Assembly: GCA_037447605.1 (NCBI GenBank)
Contig: CM074807.1
Coordinates: 2,986,327-3,050,326, forward strand
DNA: 64,000 bases
From: Zygnema circumcarinatum SAG 698-1b
Lineage: Eukaryota; Plantae; Zygnematophyceae
Reading direction: 5' to 3'
Position 1 is the stretch's first letter. Every line of letters starts with the position of its first letter. Made by a program: the position numbers and the translations under genes. Shown here one piece after another: positions 10,801 to 25,988 of the stretch. Below the pieces are notes generated by a model. That model had not been told where the DNA came from. It was given only the letters and a program-made list of their open reading frames with translations, and did not search any database.

Positions 10801-13800
10801 CCCAACCATGGCTCAATTCGATGCATCCCATCCCATGACCTATGTCATCTGCACATGTCCTTTGTTCCTCTCTCAGGCCCCGGACCACCCTCCGCGGCCC
10901 CGCGAGGGCGACGGGCGGCTGTACACGCCTGTGGCCGTAGACACGTTCCGGCTCTTGGGGGAGCAGGTGCAGACCGTGCAGGAGCACAGCACAGGGCTCA
11001 TGCTATTCAAGGCGGCGCAGGCCAACCTGCAGGTGAAGGAGGAAGGGTGGGGGGGGGAGGGAGGGGGGCGGGGGAGGGAGGGAGGGGGAGGGAGGGAGGG
11101 GTGGGGGAGGGAGGGAGGGGGGAGGGAGGGGGAGGGAGGGAGGGGGAGGGAGGGAGGGGTGGGGGAGGGAGGAGGGAGGGGAGGGAGGGGGAGGGAGGGG
11201 TGGGGGGTTACTGAGGGAGGGGGGAGGGAGGAGGGGGAGGGAGGAGGGAGGGAGGGAGGGAGGAGGGAGGGAGGGGGGGGAAGGAGGGAGGTGGGGGAGG
11301 GAGGGGGGGGTTGGGGGGGTGGGGGGGTTAAGTACTAACTAGTAGGAAGGTCCTACTCAGGAAGACTTCATGTTGGCTCTCTTTGTCAGTTATGGGGAGG
11401 CATAATGCAAATCGATGAAGGGACAAGGGACAAGGGGAGGGAAGGGAGAGGGAAGGGGAGTGATTGGTTGTAGAGCATCGGTGCTCAGGAGGATTGGGTG
11501 CTGCTGGTGTTTTTCTGCGAATGGATTTGGGTTGAGAATGGGTAAGGTGGTGGGCTCGTAAGGTTGAAGCTTTTGCACGTGTGGGATGATGGGAGAGAGC
11601 AGGTGATAGCAGATTTTCAGGCTTTAGAGAAGGAGCGATTGTCCGAGCCGGTAAATGAGATTGGCCTGGAGATGCTCTGTGCCATGGTGAGCTCTCCTTT
11701 ACCACCCCATAAGTTAACCAAATTGGCTGGACGAAACAAAGGTTGCATCATTCTGCTCTGCAAATGGGAATAGCTCACTCTGATGACAAAACTTCGAAAA
11801 TATTTCAGGCCTTTCGACATCAGATCGGTTGGCCATATATGTCAATGGAGAGCCGCATTGGAAGTGTCATTTCTTACAACGTAGCAGGGAACATGTTTGC
11901 AATGCTATTGCTGCTTCATTCTCCTCGTCCTTGTTAGTGAGAGTGAAAGAGTGGAACTATGAAACTCATCCTCAGAGAGGTGACAAGGACTGCAGAATAT
12001 CCCTTGGACAGGTGAACAACAATGTGCGCTGCCACGATTTGGCTGTGGAGTTAGCCAACAGCATTGTGGACTCGCTTGTGCCCAAATACTCCAATCAGGT
12101 GCTTGAGTCATGCCTGCGTTCAAACGGCCTAAGCTGCCTCTGCAGTTCTCTCCATGAGTTCAGAAAGATTGATGTAGCAAAGGCGGGCCAAATGAATCGA
12201 ATATGAAAATAGAATATCGAATAAAATATGGCTAGAAATTCCGTACGATCTTATAGTCCCTTGGGGTGGGTGTGGGCTGCAGCTCGACTTCACAGATGCA
12301 GCTAACGGCTTTCTGGAAGTTGCCAAGGTGAACGCTATAAGCATGACATAGTATGATACATGATGCATGTTTGTCTTGCTTTTTTGTTGGATATCTCCAT
12401 GAAGCATGAGAAGGTGGGTGGCATATATGTGGAGCAACTCTGAAATGTGCTTGAGGAAAGAAAGGCGGACAGAGTTGTTTGACCTCTCAAAAACAGAGAA
12501 ATGAGAGAAAGGAAAGAGAAGGTTCACCTGTAGCGGAAAGTCTGCCCTTTCTATCCTCCCTTTGAGTTGTTCAGTAGGCCCTTGCTTCCTTCGCCTTTCC
12601 ATACCGCAAGCAAGCCTACTTCCATACTAAGGTTAGTTTTTTGGCAAAGCGGAGAACCTTACAAGTCTGTGTGCTGCTGTCGGTGTGCAGGTTGCAGTGG
12701 AGCAGACGGTAGAGTTCATATTCGCAGATGTTGGAGTGAAGGAGCTCGTGGGAAAGCTGTACTCTGATGGTACTTTCAGACCCTGCTTTTGCCCATCTGA
12801 ACATGAACAATGGTAGACGCTCCCTGTGTGGCACTTAGGGAATGTGCTGCACTTGGAACAAGATGCGTCCTCATTCTGCTCAAGCTATTCCTTTGTTGGC
12901 CTGCTGAACTTGACTGCATTGGCAGTTTTTGTGCAACTGCTGGGTAGTGAGTGGGATGAAAACGTGGCGCTTGCAGATTGGCTGAACTGTATAGTGACTG
13001 AATCCTTGATCGCAACACTTGATGACTACTTTCGTGATGTCAAACTGTGAGGGCCACTAAGCCTTTTCCCTAAAGACTCTGGACTTTATAACTTTCACCG
13101 TCGTTAAGAGTGCATCTACTATTTCTTGACGTGCATTTCTGCTGTTTCATTCTCAAGATCGACGTGATTCCCACATTGAATTTTACATTCGCCTTAATCC
13201 TTCTACCAATTGATTCTGAATGCTCCAACCAGTCTGCAGAGCTTGCCAGGCTGAAATGGCCAACCATCCACATAAAATTGAGGAGTTTTTGTCCTTGTAA
13301 CAGATGGATAGAGGAGAGGTCGTTCCGCAAATTCGCAGAGGCATGTTTGGAGAAGACATTAGTGGTGTATGTGGATGCTCTGCTGATGCAGGTAAACCCC
13401 CCCTGCATTCCCTCTCTGCAGAGTATGTAAATATTTCATCTGCTAGTTTGCACACTGGTGTGGATTCACTCTGGCTGAGATTTCCTGTATTTGCTGTTGT
13501 TGGATGCAGCGACGTTATATAACAGCAGAGACTGTAGAGCGGCTAAAATTGGACGAGAGGCAGCTGGAGGACTTTTTCAAGGAGACCATCAATGAAAAGG
13601 TACGGGTTAGCAGTAAGCCATTCCTTAGGGGTTCTGTCCTGCACTCGTGCTAAAACGATAGGCAGCATGGCCTTACAGGAATCTCCAGTCGAGCAATCCA
13701 TTGCCAACAGACAGAAAGCTATGCACTTATACGACCATCGCCCTCCCCCTCGTCCCACGTCCCACCCCCTTCCCCTCTCTCTCGTTCTTTTCCCTTTTGC

Positions 13801-15147
13801 TTTTTTTTTACCGTTAGAACGTTGTTAAATGAAGAAAATGGCCGCGTCTCTGATGCTTTGCTCGTCAGTGAGATTCAAATGCCACCAAGACCGGTAGATC
13901 AAGATATTATTGAGAAGTGAAATGTTGGAATTTCTTCCATCGTTGGGCCCTCACAGATACGATGAAGTGTGTTTTGGGAAGCGAAGAAAACATACGTTTA
14001 CAGGTTTCTTGCCTCATTTGTATCCTTCATTTTCACTGATAAACGACTGGCAACAATGGCTTTGTGGGAAGAGTCGGCTGATAGTCACTTCTGGCTGTGA
14101 CAGTGAAAATTCAAGAAAGAAAGACTGTTTGGCTCTGCTGGTTTTGCAGAGGCTCAAGGATCGCATTGAAGCTCTGGCAGACATCAGGGAGCTCTCTTCT
14201 GCAGACAGTGTGGAGACCTTCACATTGAGATACTCTAAGCTGCTCTCAGCTCATCCTGACTGCCCTGTAAGTATACGCAAGGAGTGACTGGTTTGGTTGA
14301 TCTGAGCAGAGTCAAAGTTTGCCGGTGCTACCTTCAGTGGGCGGAGGCGATGCACATGTTCAGTATTGGAACTGGTTCAAGACTTGGCAGTTGGGGTGTG
14401 AGTACTTAGTAGCAGTTTCGACCAATTGTCGTCTAGAATTCTTGGAAGCACCATCCGTCTTCAGCAAAAAATGAATTCTTGAAGGCAATTTTTTTAGGCA
14501 GAATGATGAGAGTTATTGGTAGGGAAAAGGCCACAGAATGGAAAGCTGCAAGGTGAAAGAGGAGGGAACGAGCATTTCTTACCCTCGTTTCTTAATGGAC
14601 TGGATGGGGAAATGGGGTTGATTGACCAGCCTGAAGTAGTGGAGAAACTGCTGCCACTAAGGGAGGGCATTCCCAAAAAGGAGCAGCAAGAGGTAAGCAC
14701 ACATGCTCTCGCATTGGGCGTACAGTACGGAACATAGGACTCTGACTCGCATGCAGGCAAACTGAGCAAGTTGACGGAACCCTAAAAGCCCTAAGACAAA
14801 CCGTTGACCTTCATGTCCTCTCTTCATCGTTGTTTTGTGCCCCTCTCTCTATTTCGCCAAAAACGTAGTCAATAAGAGCCGGCAACAAAACGAGCGATGA
14901 CTTGTTGATGGCTTACAAGGATCATAATAATCGGACGTTTACGGAGTCTCGGTTGGATGCGGCCACAGTTTTCAATTTCAATTTGCTGTGGGTGGGAGGG
15001 ATGCAGGTGGTGCAGGAGTGCAGGGAAATCTACGAGACCTCCCTTCGGGCGCAGAGCACTGAGAAGCCAAAGACGGGATTCCTGTTCTGCCGTCTGGAAG
15101 CCCTCAAGCAGAAGCAGGGTCTCTTTGACGCCTTCATCCGCCGCTGA
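4861..15147 (+). CDS. SEC6: Exocyst complex component SEC6 (EXOC3), 25 coding exons
   Basis: Exons: 4861-4983, 6098-6136, 6302-6390, 6590-6680, 7188-7277, 7515-7594, 8047-8139, 8541-8567, 8862-9033, 9321-9365, 9583-9638, 9891-9999, 10168-10308, 10589-10621, 10877-11032, 11603-11686, 12012-12098, 12283-12327, 12691-12769, 12977-13046, 13304-13391, 13510-13599, 14150-14266, 14630-14692, 15007-15147. All junctions are GT-AG and in frame. The product is colinear with plant SEC6 ([71 protein letters not shown]). Confidence 0.97.
11036..11330 (+). repeat. G/A polypurine low-complexity tract (GGGA/GGGGA) in SEC6 intron 15
   Basis: About 295 nt of almost pure G and A with many G runs of 3 or more; G-quadruplex and triplex potential. 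Confidence 0.9.
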
Positions 15148-15197
15148 TCCCGCGAGAGAGGCGAGGCGGAATGCCACTCGAGCCTGCAGCGTAGAGC

Positions 15198-15233
15198 TAC
15201 ATTAGGGCTGATGTCAGCATCAGCCCTAATGTA
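15198..15233. other. Perfect 16-bp inverted repeat (hairpin) in the SEC6 3' region
   Basis: TACATTAGGGCTGATG - TCAG loop - CATCAGCCCTAATGTA, 50 nt after the SEC6 stop codon. Confidence 0.9.
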
Positions 15234-15907
15234 CTAATGATATCAGCACGGGTCTCAAAATGACGTCACGTTATTAAAGCAAGAATGTTAAACTTATCGA
15301 GGTTGCATGTCGACAAGAAGGCTTTCGGTTATGTCATCATGTGTGGAAGTTGAGAAAGCTGCCGGCTTTGCTTTTGACGACATCATGTGGTTAGAAAGTC
15401 CTCCGCACATCACACAAGGTAGTGTCATTAGTTGTGAAGGTAATAGAGAGCACCTCATTTAGCTTGCAGCATCTTAAAAACATGTCATGTGATATATGTA
15501 GAACCTGTCGAAAGTAAGAAAGGTTTCCACTCGTTGGAAAGGTCAGGACGGAGCCATTCTCATACCTAAAACCTGGCGGGTGAAATATTGGTCAGAGTTG
15601 ATCACCAACTGTTCACTATCAAGTGCACGGGGCGAAGTACGGCCTTACGTGTTCCGCGACCGTGGAGAGAAAAAAAAACATTGAATTGTGGATTGTCGTT
15701 CAAATAGTGATGCCATCAAAAGTACATAGAAAGGGTCAATATGGAGAAAAATGTGGTACCCGTTGTCTCTTATGTGTCTTTTTCACTAGTAAGCAATTGA
15801 GTACTTTGTGTCGTGTGGGGGGGGGGGGGGCTCATCTAAAGATGTCACAGCTTCTCTGCTTCATAACTTCCCTTCTTGCCTATGAGCTCACAGTAACAGT
15901 GACGTTG

Positions 15908-18527
<2,620 letters not shown>

Positions 18528-18674
18528 GGTCTTATATTATTCCCTCTCTCCCTCACTCCCCCTCTCTACCCTTTTTTCACTCTCCCTCTGCACAGACCTG
18601 CAACTGCAAGGCACTCGCGCTTGCATTTGGAGAGGCCACGTCAGATACATTAGCCAATCATAACGTGTAGAAAT

Positions 18675-18930
18675 TGTACACGTGGCACGTTCCATTTGTC
18701 TGCTGTACATTACTGTAGTTCGCAAGAGAAAGCTCATCAGACGACGTCTGTTCTATGCTGTCCGAACGCCGTCCCAGTCGAGTTGAACAGTACAGTTCTG
18801 TGTCACAGCGGCTGATCTCAAGCGCAGCGTCGTTGTAGTGTGAACGGTCCGGCCCTTGCGGGCAGCGCACGCGCATTCCCCGCCGCTGGGAGGGAGCCAC
18901 GGCTCGCCACGTGGCTGCTTGACACGTGGC
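18675..18930. promoter_or_regulatory. G-box/ABRE cluster in the SMP-30 / oleosin-like bidirectional promoter
   Basis: CACGTG at 18679, 18908 and 18923, each followed by GC (ACGTGGC is the ABRE core). Confidence 0.6.
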
Positions 18931-19274
18931 ATTTCGTCGTGTTGCGCCACAATACTGTATAGAGGGTCTCACGCGCTCAAGGCCTGCCCATCTTTGGCAC
19001 TTCCTGAAGCAAGAGATTGAGAACTGGTACTCGGCTCCTGTAAAATTATATACGATTGTCAGATCCAAAGTAATGATTCTGAATTTGACAGCCTAGCTGA
19101 AGCAGCGGCGGGCCTTGGCGGAGGCGCTTTTGGAAAGCGTTTCTTGGCGGGAGCTTTCAAGATAAGAAGTTGCAAGGCTTGAAGGCTTGAAGGCGCTCCT
19201 GCAGAGAAGGCCCGAGGCGAGGAGGAGGAGGAGTAGGAGAAGGAGGAGGTTTTCAAGCATTCAGAAAGCTGAAA

Positions 19275-21140
19275 ATGCCACAGAGTTTTGAAACTCCGGC
19301 GAGATGGCCGACCTGGAAGTGTCTGTTGATAGCACTGGCAGTCTTTGTCTTCTCTCCTGTTCTTCTGGCCATTCTCCCGATTTTTCTCATCAGTGTCACT
19401 TTTTTATCCCCTGTAATCGTACCTTTGCTCATCGGTGGATATGCATGCGGTCTGTTTCAGGTACAAGGGAATGATCAAATGATTTTCTCAGATTTGGAAG
19501 TAATGAATGCATGTTGGCTACTATCTGGATTCAGTCTCTACCCCTGATTCATCCATATTTTGGTTTTATTAATTTTTATTAGTATGAGCAAGTCAGCCTA
19601 CATACATGTAACAAGATTGCAAAGTGATACATTTCATCGTAACAATTTCCTCTTACTGCTGTTTCGTTTCTGTCCTGATTCGATAATTTTCTTTATATTC
19701 TTGGATTTGAGAGCTTAGAGAACGATTTACGTTGTAAGCTCAGGATCAGAATCCGTGAGGATTATGGAAGAGAAGAAAAAGTATTATAGTATTCAATATA
19801 GCGCATGTGCTGCTGTTGCTTTCCCATGTGCACTGAAGCAGGTTTAATATTTCTGAGACATTACGAAGGAGAGAATGACATTACGAAGGAGAGAAGCTGA
19901 TGCATTTCCAAAAATGATTTTTTTCAAAGTAGTCATCTTGTGTTGCTTTTCTTAGTTTTAATGGTTTCTGCTGACTGTGAACAGAGATCATCGGTGCCTC
20001 AACAGAAGCTTCCTGAGAGCCAGGCTATTTCGGAACTCGGTAAGTTCGAAGGGTGCAGACTATAATGTATTTTTGGAAAATTTCAGACTGATGTACAGTG
20101 GTAGTGATCTGGAGATGATCTTTTGTTTGGATTCAGTCAAACAATGGAATGGAATGTGGAATGTTTGTCCCCTAAACGATCTCCATTTTTTGTTGGAATT
20201 GATCAAACTGCTAGTGATTGTGTTTGCAGATAGCCTGCTGTCGCCTGGCAAGTCCGGTCATGTTCATGCTCGCGAAGGTGATCCTGTTGAAGGCAACCTT
20301 GCATTGAAGCGTCTTCGGCAGGTTTGTCGACTGCATTTTCTCACACCTAAACTATGGCCATGCGGCATGTGTGTCACTGCAGGTTGTTTTGTCGCATATA
20401 GCATGATATTTATCGCTTTTACATTGGAATACTATTTGATGTGATTTAGAATTTTGTAATTAACTCGTCCCTGTTTCTTGAATGGCGATAATTTCATCCA
20501 TAGCAGTTGCTTTTCATAACTATGCATTTCCCTGGGGCAGGATGCTGGAGGGAGTCAAGTGTCTAATACTAATGTAGAAGGTCGTTATTCTAAGGAAGAT
20601 CCAGCCACGCTGGCTGACAATTTGATGGAGGAAACCTACCGTGCTGCCAAGCTCGAGGTAAAGAATACGGTACTAAACTTCAGGTTATTGGTCGTACTCA
20701 GCAATTTTTCAGTTTATAGTTCTGCTAGAGTCATTGTAGCATTGTTTTCAGAACAATGTTATTGGCTTTTCAAGCTTTTAGTTGCTCGGCATTCAACTAT
20801 GCAATGGTTCGTATTTTTGTGAAGTAAAAGCTCATGTAAGAGCTCCATACAAGCAATCCTCCGTCATCTTGGTTATCCATTGTGTTGCTTGCAGGCTTCG
20901 GAAGAGTGGAAAACCCCAGAAAAGGTTGCTCCGCAGCCTGATCTTACGAGGCCATCTATTGAGAAGTCGAACCCGTACAAACCCTTGGAAGGAGCTCCAC
21001 AGAATGGCGCAGAAATTGAGGAGGAAGTTAAATCCGTTACGAGTGACAAGGCCAGCCCTAAAGAGGACACTCCGAACAAGTTTATAGATCGGGCAATTCA
21101 AAACATTGCGAAAGCCTTCGCAGGACACAAGTCAACATAA
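19275..21140 (+). CDS. Uncharacterised ~231-aa protein with an N-terminal proline-knot-like hydrophobic hairpin (oleosin-like or lipid-droplet candidate)
   Basis: Exons 19275-19460, 19985-20039, 20230-20321, 20541-20657 and 20895-21140 join in frame through GT-AG junctions. The N-terminal ~45-aa hydrophobic stretch is LLIALAVFVFSPVLLAILPIFLISVTFLSPVIVPLLIGGYACGLF. The rest is hydrophilic and low in complexity. The function call is inference. Confidence 0.75.
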
Positions 21141-22391
21141 GAGAGTTCAGATGCTCATTGCTTGCCACGTTTCTCAGGCCGTTAACAGTGTGATTCAATG
21201 CTGCCGGTTGGATAGGTAGCTTGAACAAACTCCTTTCCAAAGCTTGGATGTTTTTCTGCGAGGAAGATTTGTTGCTGGACAGGACTTACTGCAAGAGCTT
21301 AAAAAAGTCAGTCAGGTAGTTGTCTGTCTCCAAGGCTCTTTGCGCTTGGCAAGGGTTACATCTGACCATTGGCTGCTGGTAAAGACCCTTGGCTCGTGTG
21401 GGGTTTCAATCACAATTGTTTCAATCGACTGTAGACCGGTACATGCTGCTGTCAACGGGTTTCACTTCCTGTCCTGCGATGGGCGCGCACGCGCTTTCAG
21501 GCCAGGACTGACTTGCGCGCTGGATGATAGGTTCTTTGCTACATGTGACTCCATTCTAGGCATGTGCCTTAGGGCGTCGTTTCTGAGGGGTTACGGTTTC
21601 AGACACGAGCGGGATGTCCGGACAAGTGGCCGTCATAGCGTGAACACAGGTGGGCCTGCGCGCCCATATTTGGCAGCATGCTTTGGAGATGACGATAACT
21701 GACAGCACTCTCCAGCCAGCCAATTCACAAGACCGTCGTTGGGAGGGGGGGAGGGGGGGGGGAGCGCGGTTTCTGTTTCTCAGCTCAGGATGGGCAAGGA
21801 CTGCCATCCAGGAGCACGTGGGTCGTAGCCACATCCACACTTCACAAAGTGCACAAGCTGTGTTCTGGGCTTTGAAGTCGATCGACGCGGACAAGCTTTG
21901 ATCGCTAATCCAATCAACCACTCTGACGGAGCCACATGAAGGTTTTGCATGACTTCATAGCCACGAAACAGCGGAAACTTCTTTGATGCTGGTTCCGTCA
22001 AAATCCCATCCAAAGAGCAATACAAGTACCCCCCCTCCCCGGCCCCCTCTCCCAAAAAAAGAAAGCGAGGAGAGTCGGCACTTGAATGCAGCCTGCACCT
22101 TTGATTGCGGTAGAAACAATCCACGAGAAGAATGAAAGAATGCACGAGCTCCGCGCAGTAAAAATAACGAGAATCTCCCCGACGTTGACAGGTAGGCGCA
22201 TAAAAAAAGGGCAGAAATCCCATCCTAACAGAGAGCGGGGGGGAGAGAGAGAGTACTCTTTTCACCTGCCACTGAGTAAAGCCTAACCATGGCGAACTAA
22301 ACCTCAAGATTGAGAGAAGGACAGCGCAGCCACTACTGATAAGCCCTTCGATTTGGCTTTCTCCGGCAGGCAAAGAGTCTCCCGCCGCTCC

Positions 22392-25300
22392 TCATATAAG
22401 ATTTCTTGCAAGAACCTTCTCTCTCATATTGTAAGCATGTGAAATAATCTGCACACAGAGGCATGGACAACACACCCATGGCATGCTCGGCTAGGATTCT
22501 CCTTCGTGTACAAGTCTAAATACAAAGAAATTAAGCAACATCTTTATCTGCCATCATCACTTTTTACCACTTCAAAAGTATCCTCAATGCATCAACTGAA
22601 GGACAGCCTTTCCTGGCAAGCAGCTGATGAAGATTCTCATCAAATTAAGAGCACGCTTCACTTTCCAATGGACAATTCTAGAGCACATCCAAAACTTCAT
22701 TCAAGAAAGGCCAAAATCCCGACAGGGGGCAATCGGCCAAGAAAGGTCTGATTGCTCTGCCACAGTGCAGGAGACCGACCTGACTCATATCCTGGCGAGG
22801 AAGATGTTGAACGAATCCCAGAAGCTCTGTACTGTCCATCTCTAAAAGCTGATCACTACACATCTCAAGTATTGCTGCACACCATGACCAACAACCACAC
22901 CTTGATAAGCCATACCATTCCTGTTACGAGAAACAGTTCTAATATTGTAAACAGAGAACAAGAATGAAGATTTGGGGCTGAAACACTCACACAAGCAAAC
23001 GTAAGGATGGAGATCAAATCCCTCGTCACTAGAAAAATACGTATCCCAAAGTCGCAAGACGCAAGGAAAGGGCAGACCGCGACATAAAAGAGACTGCACA
23101 GCAGGAAAGGAAGAGCAATCATTGGAACACTGGGATCATTGATATGATATATTTACAACAGAATCCAAGACACTGCAAAACTGGTAGAAATTGACATCGC
23201 AACTAACTGAATGACTAATCGCAAGTCCAACATAAGGCAGTTGCAGATGCAAAAGCAAAGATATTCAGAATTATAATGCAGAACCCAGGCAGATAACTGC
23301 AGGGGCCATTAGCGATTCCAAAGGCAGACAAAGGCAACAAGCCAATTGCCTTACCGGAACTTGAGGATATGCCCCTGAAATACGGCATTTCTTAAGATCA
23401 GACAAAAACCAAACGGAACACGAAAGTGCACGTCAACATGGAAGATCCACTCGTTAGCAAAAAGCGAAGTGAATATCTTACATGGAGCCAGGGGGCAGCC
23501 CATGATGATGGTTCAACTTCTTCCTCCTCAAAAGTCTCATATAAAGCAGGTTGAAGATTTCTGAAAAGCGTCATGAACTTAGCGAGGGTATGTGAAATGC
23601 GATCACCAGCGAAGGCATTTTCTGCAAGAAAACCAAAAAAGCAAAATCGATTATCATCGATTGTTCAGCTTACAAAAGAAAGGCAGAGTGAAACTGGATA
23701 GCTAGAAGTTCCATTGAGCACCTCCACGTCTAGCACAAACCAAACAAGAGAGTGCAGCAAAAGACGATGTTGCAACGAGACAACAAGAAGTTCACCAACT
23801 GAGGGGAAGACGCATGGAAGTAACGACTGCTTACGATGTCTCGCCATCAAAGCTTCAAAACAAGAATGTATGTCATGCTCATTGCCTATACAGTACACCA
23901 ATGGGCCCAAGAGATGCACCATATCCGGGCTGCAATGAACAACCAGGAACCCGGTCAGCTATAGTCAAACACAAAGGCTCTAAATACCAAGTTTCATGGC
24001 TGCTATATGAAAACTTGACGGAAAACTGAAGCTTCCAAATGACGGTGATGATTACGGATCAATCGCTTATACGTCCACATCATCAGTTTCAATGTAAACC
24101 TCACTTTGCAAATCTCTGGAGAGTCACTAAAAATCAGCAGAATGACAAAGGGAAAATACTAGCCAGATCTTCTGTCTTGCTTGTCACAGCATGAATGCCT
24201 CGTAACATGTAGTCAGAAGTCACTTACCTATAATCTAAATGGTTGTGGCTACTTAAGTACGCACTCAACGCTCGCTCGAACACTCCGCGGATCCCTGGTT
24301 CATGAAACCAGGGAACTTCTGGCCGATACCGCTTTACCTCTCCCTGTAGGCCAAGAGAACGAAGGAAGGAAACAATCAGTACTTTGACGATATAGAAGCA
24401 CACGATACAACATCCACACCTTCTGTAGAAATTCAGCTCGAACATCACTGCTCCAGAAACCCTACAAGCTTATTGGAAGAAGTACAAGACTCAAAGGTCA
24501 CACAACAGACTTGGTCCTGCACCATGTGCTCTAGTCGTTTGAAAAACTTGCACTATTGAAAAGCGTTCCTATGCTTAGGCGAGCAAGGATGGCAATCTCA
24601 CCCTGACATGTTTCATTACGTCCGAATTCGCTTTACTAAACTCGCCATAATCTACTGATTTTCTCCGTTCTAAGCCGACCTCCTCAGCTGCAGAATAACA
24701 CATGGAAGACAGACTCAAGACAGTATATCAACTCACAGAATGGATCAAAATAGAAACAAAATACGGGACTCCTCATCACTAGGCTGCCGAGCAGGACCTT
24801 AGATCCACTCCTGAGACCATCCTAACTACTTTATTGCGATTTTTTCAGATTTTGCAGACGCAAATTGCACATTAGAATTCCGAAGATATCCAACTGCTAT
24901 AAGCTACTCCGTCTACTACTACATTCACCATAAAGTCACCACTATCACCAAAAGTAAGCAGCCGCCTTGGAGATACAAAGGCAAAAAGGAGTGCTCACAT
25001 CGATCAGGTTTTGCAACGCCGAGCAGAAACATCCACACTTGGCCTCGGAGCTGCGACGGAATTCCTTGTCTAGCCAATTCCCGCAGTCGCTCCACCTCTA
25101 CTTGAACTTCTGATGACAAAATCTCCTCAAATTCCGCCAAGGTTTCTGCATCTTCCTCCTCTTCCGCTGCTTTGGAATTCAATAGTGTTCGTACTGATAA
25201 TCTATCCGAGCCATCTGAACTAACTGTTCTGCTGTCGCTGAAACCGTTTGTATCTGTTGACACGATTACGGGCACTGTTGTCGTAACCACAACAACAGAC

Positions 25301-25988
25301 GTCCGTCGAGATGGGAAGAAAGGTCAATACAAACGGAATTCAGTACAAAAAAGAGAGGTCAACTTCCAGATGCGATGCCTACGCTTCTTCCACTCAACAG
25401 CCTACCATCAGAATTGTGGAAGGAGGGAAAACGAGTGCAATTGGAATCAGTCGCATGAAAGAGAGAGCACTGCGAAGGTGCGTTAGCAATTGGCGAAGAA
25501 TTGGTTGCAATTGGTGAGGAACGAGTTAACCTGCCTGAAAACCACTCCTTCGATAGAGGATCAAGATCGTCTGGACCGATAAACTCGTTTCTGTATCCGT
25601 AGGGAGGATTAGAGCCCGACATTCGCCCGCTTGTAGCGCAGGAACACAAAACAGAGTGGTTCAAGCCACACAAGAGCCGGCAGCTCAGCGGCTCAGCAGG
25701 CGGGCCACCGCGATTTTCAAACAGCAGCCCGCCTCCTCGTTCCGAATTTCGTATTGACATGTTTGAGCATTTTAAATACCCATCCACGCGCTTGCCTTTC
25801 CGAAAACCCTTCCAATCTACACTCCGATCATCTACCAAGAGTTGAAAAAACGTCCCGGGATGCTGCAAATCTCATAACCAATTCTCGCTACCATCCTCCC
25901 TCGCAATTTACCTCCTCCCGTCTCTCACGCTCCCCCCTGTTCCACTGACGGCAGCCTCCTCGACCTCTCCCTCGCAGGCAGCCGCCAT
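22392..25988 (-). CDS. TBC (Rab-GAP) domain protein with atypical catalytic motifs
   Basis: Well-supported internal exons include 24999-25253 (VERLRELARQGIPSQLRGQVWMFLLGV), 24602-24687, 24228-24343 and 23835-23929. Further exons encode WAAPWLH / SLLCRGLPFPCVLRLWDTYFSSDEGFDLHPYVCL / FVQHLP. The last exon is 22392-22448 (IISHAYNMREKVLARNLI*). The 5' end is uncertain: ATG at 25622, or ATG at 25988 via exon 25912-25988. Confidence 0.85.

Noticed and set aside
10793-11338. Gly/Arg/Glu-rich 181-aa ORF
   Set aside because: It is SEC6 exon 15 read through into the G-rich intron; a GT donor at 11033 explains the true structure.
19857-19895. 20-bp tandem duplication GACATTACGAAGGAGAGAA x2; similar small duplications at about 27438, 29875 and 34121
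   Set aside because: These are ordinary slippage duplications in introns or intergenic DNA.
21244-22373. Long ORFs (152, 197 and 121 aa) between the oleosin-like and TBC 3' ends
   Set aside because: I found no recognisable motifs and no consistent exon chain. They are probably overlapping 3' UTR or intergenic sequence.
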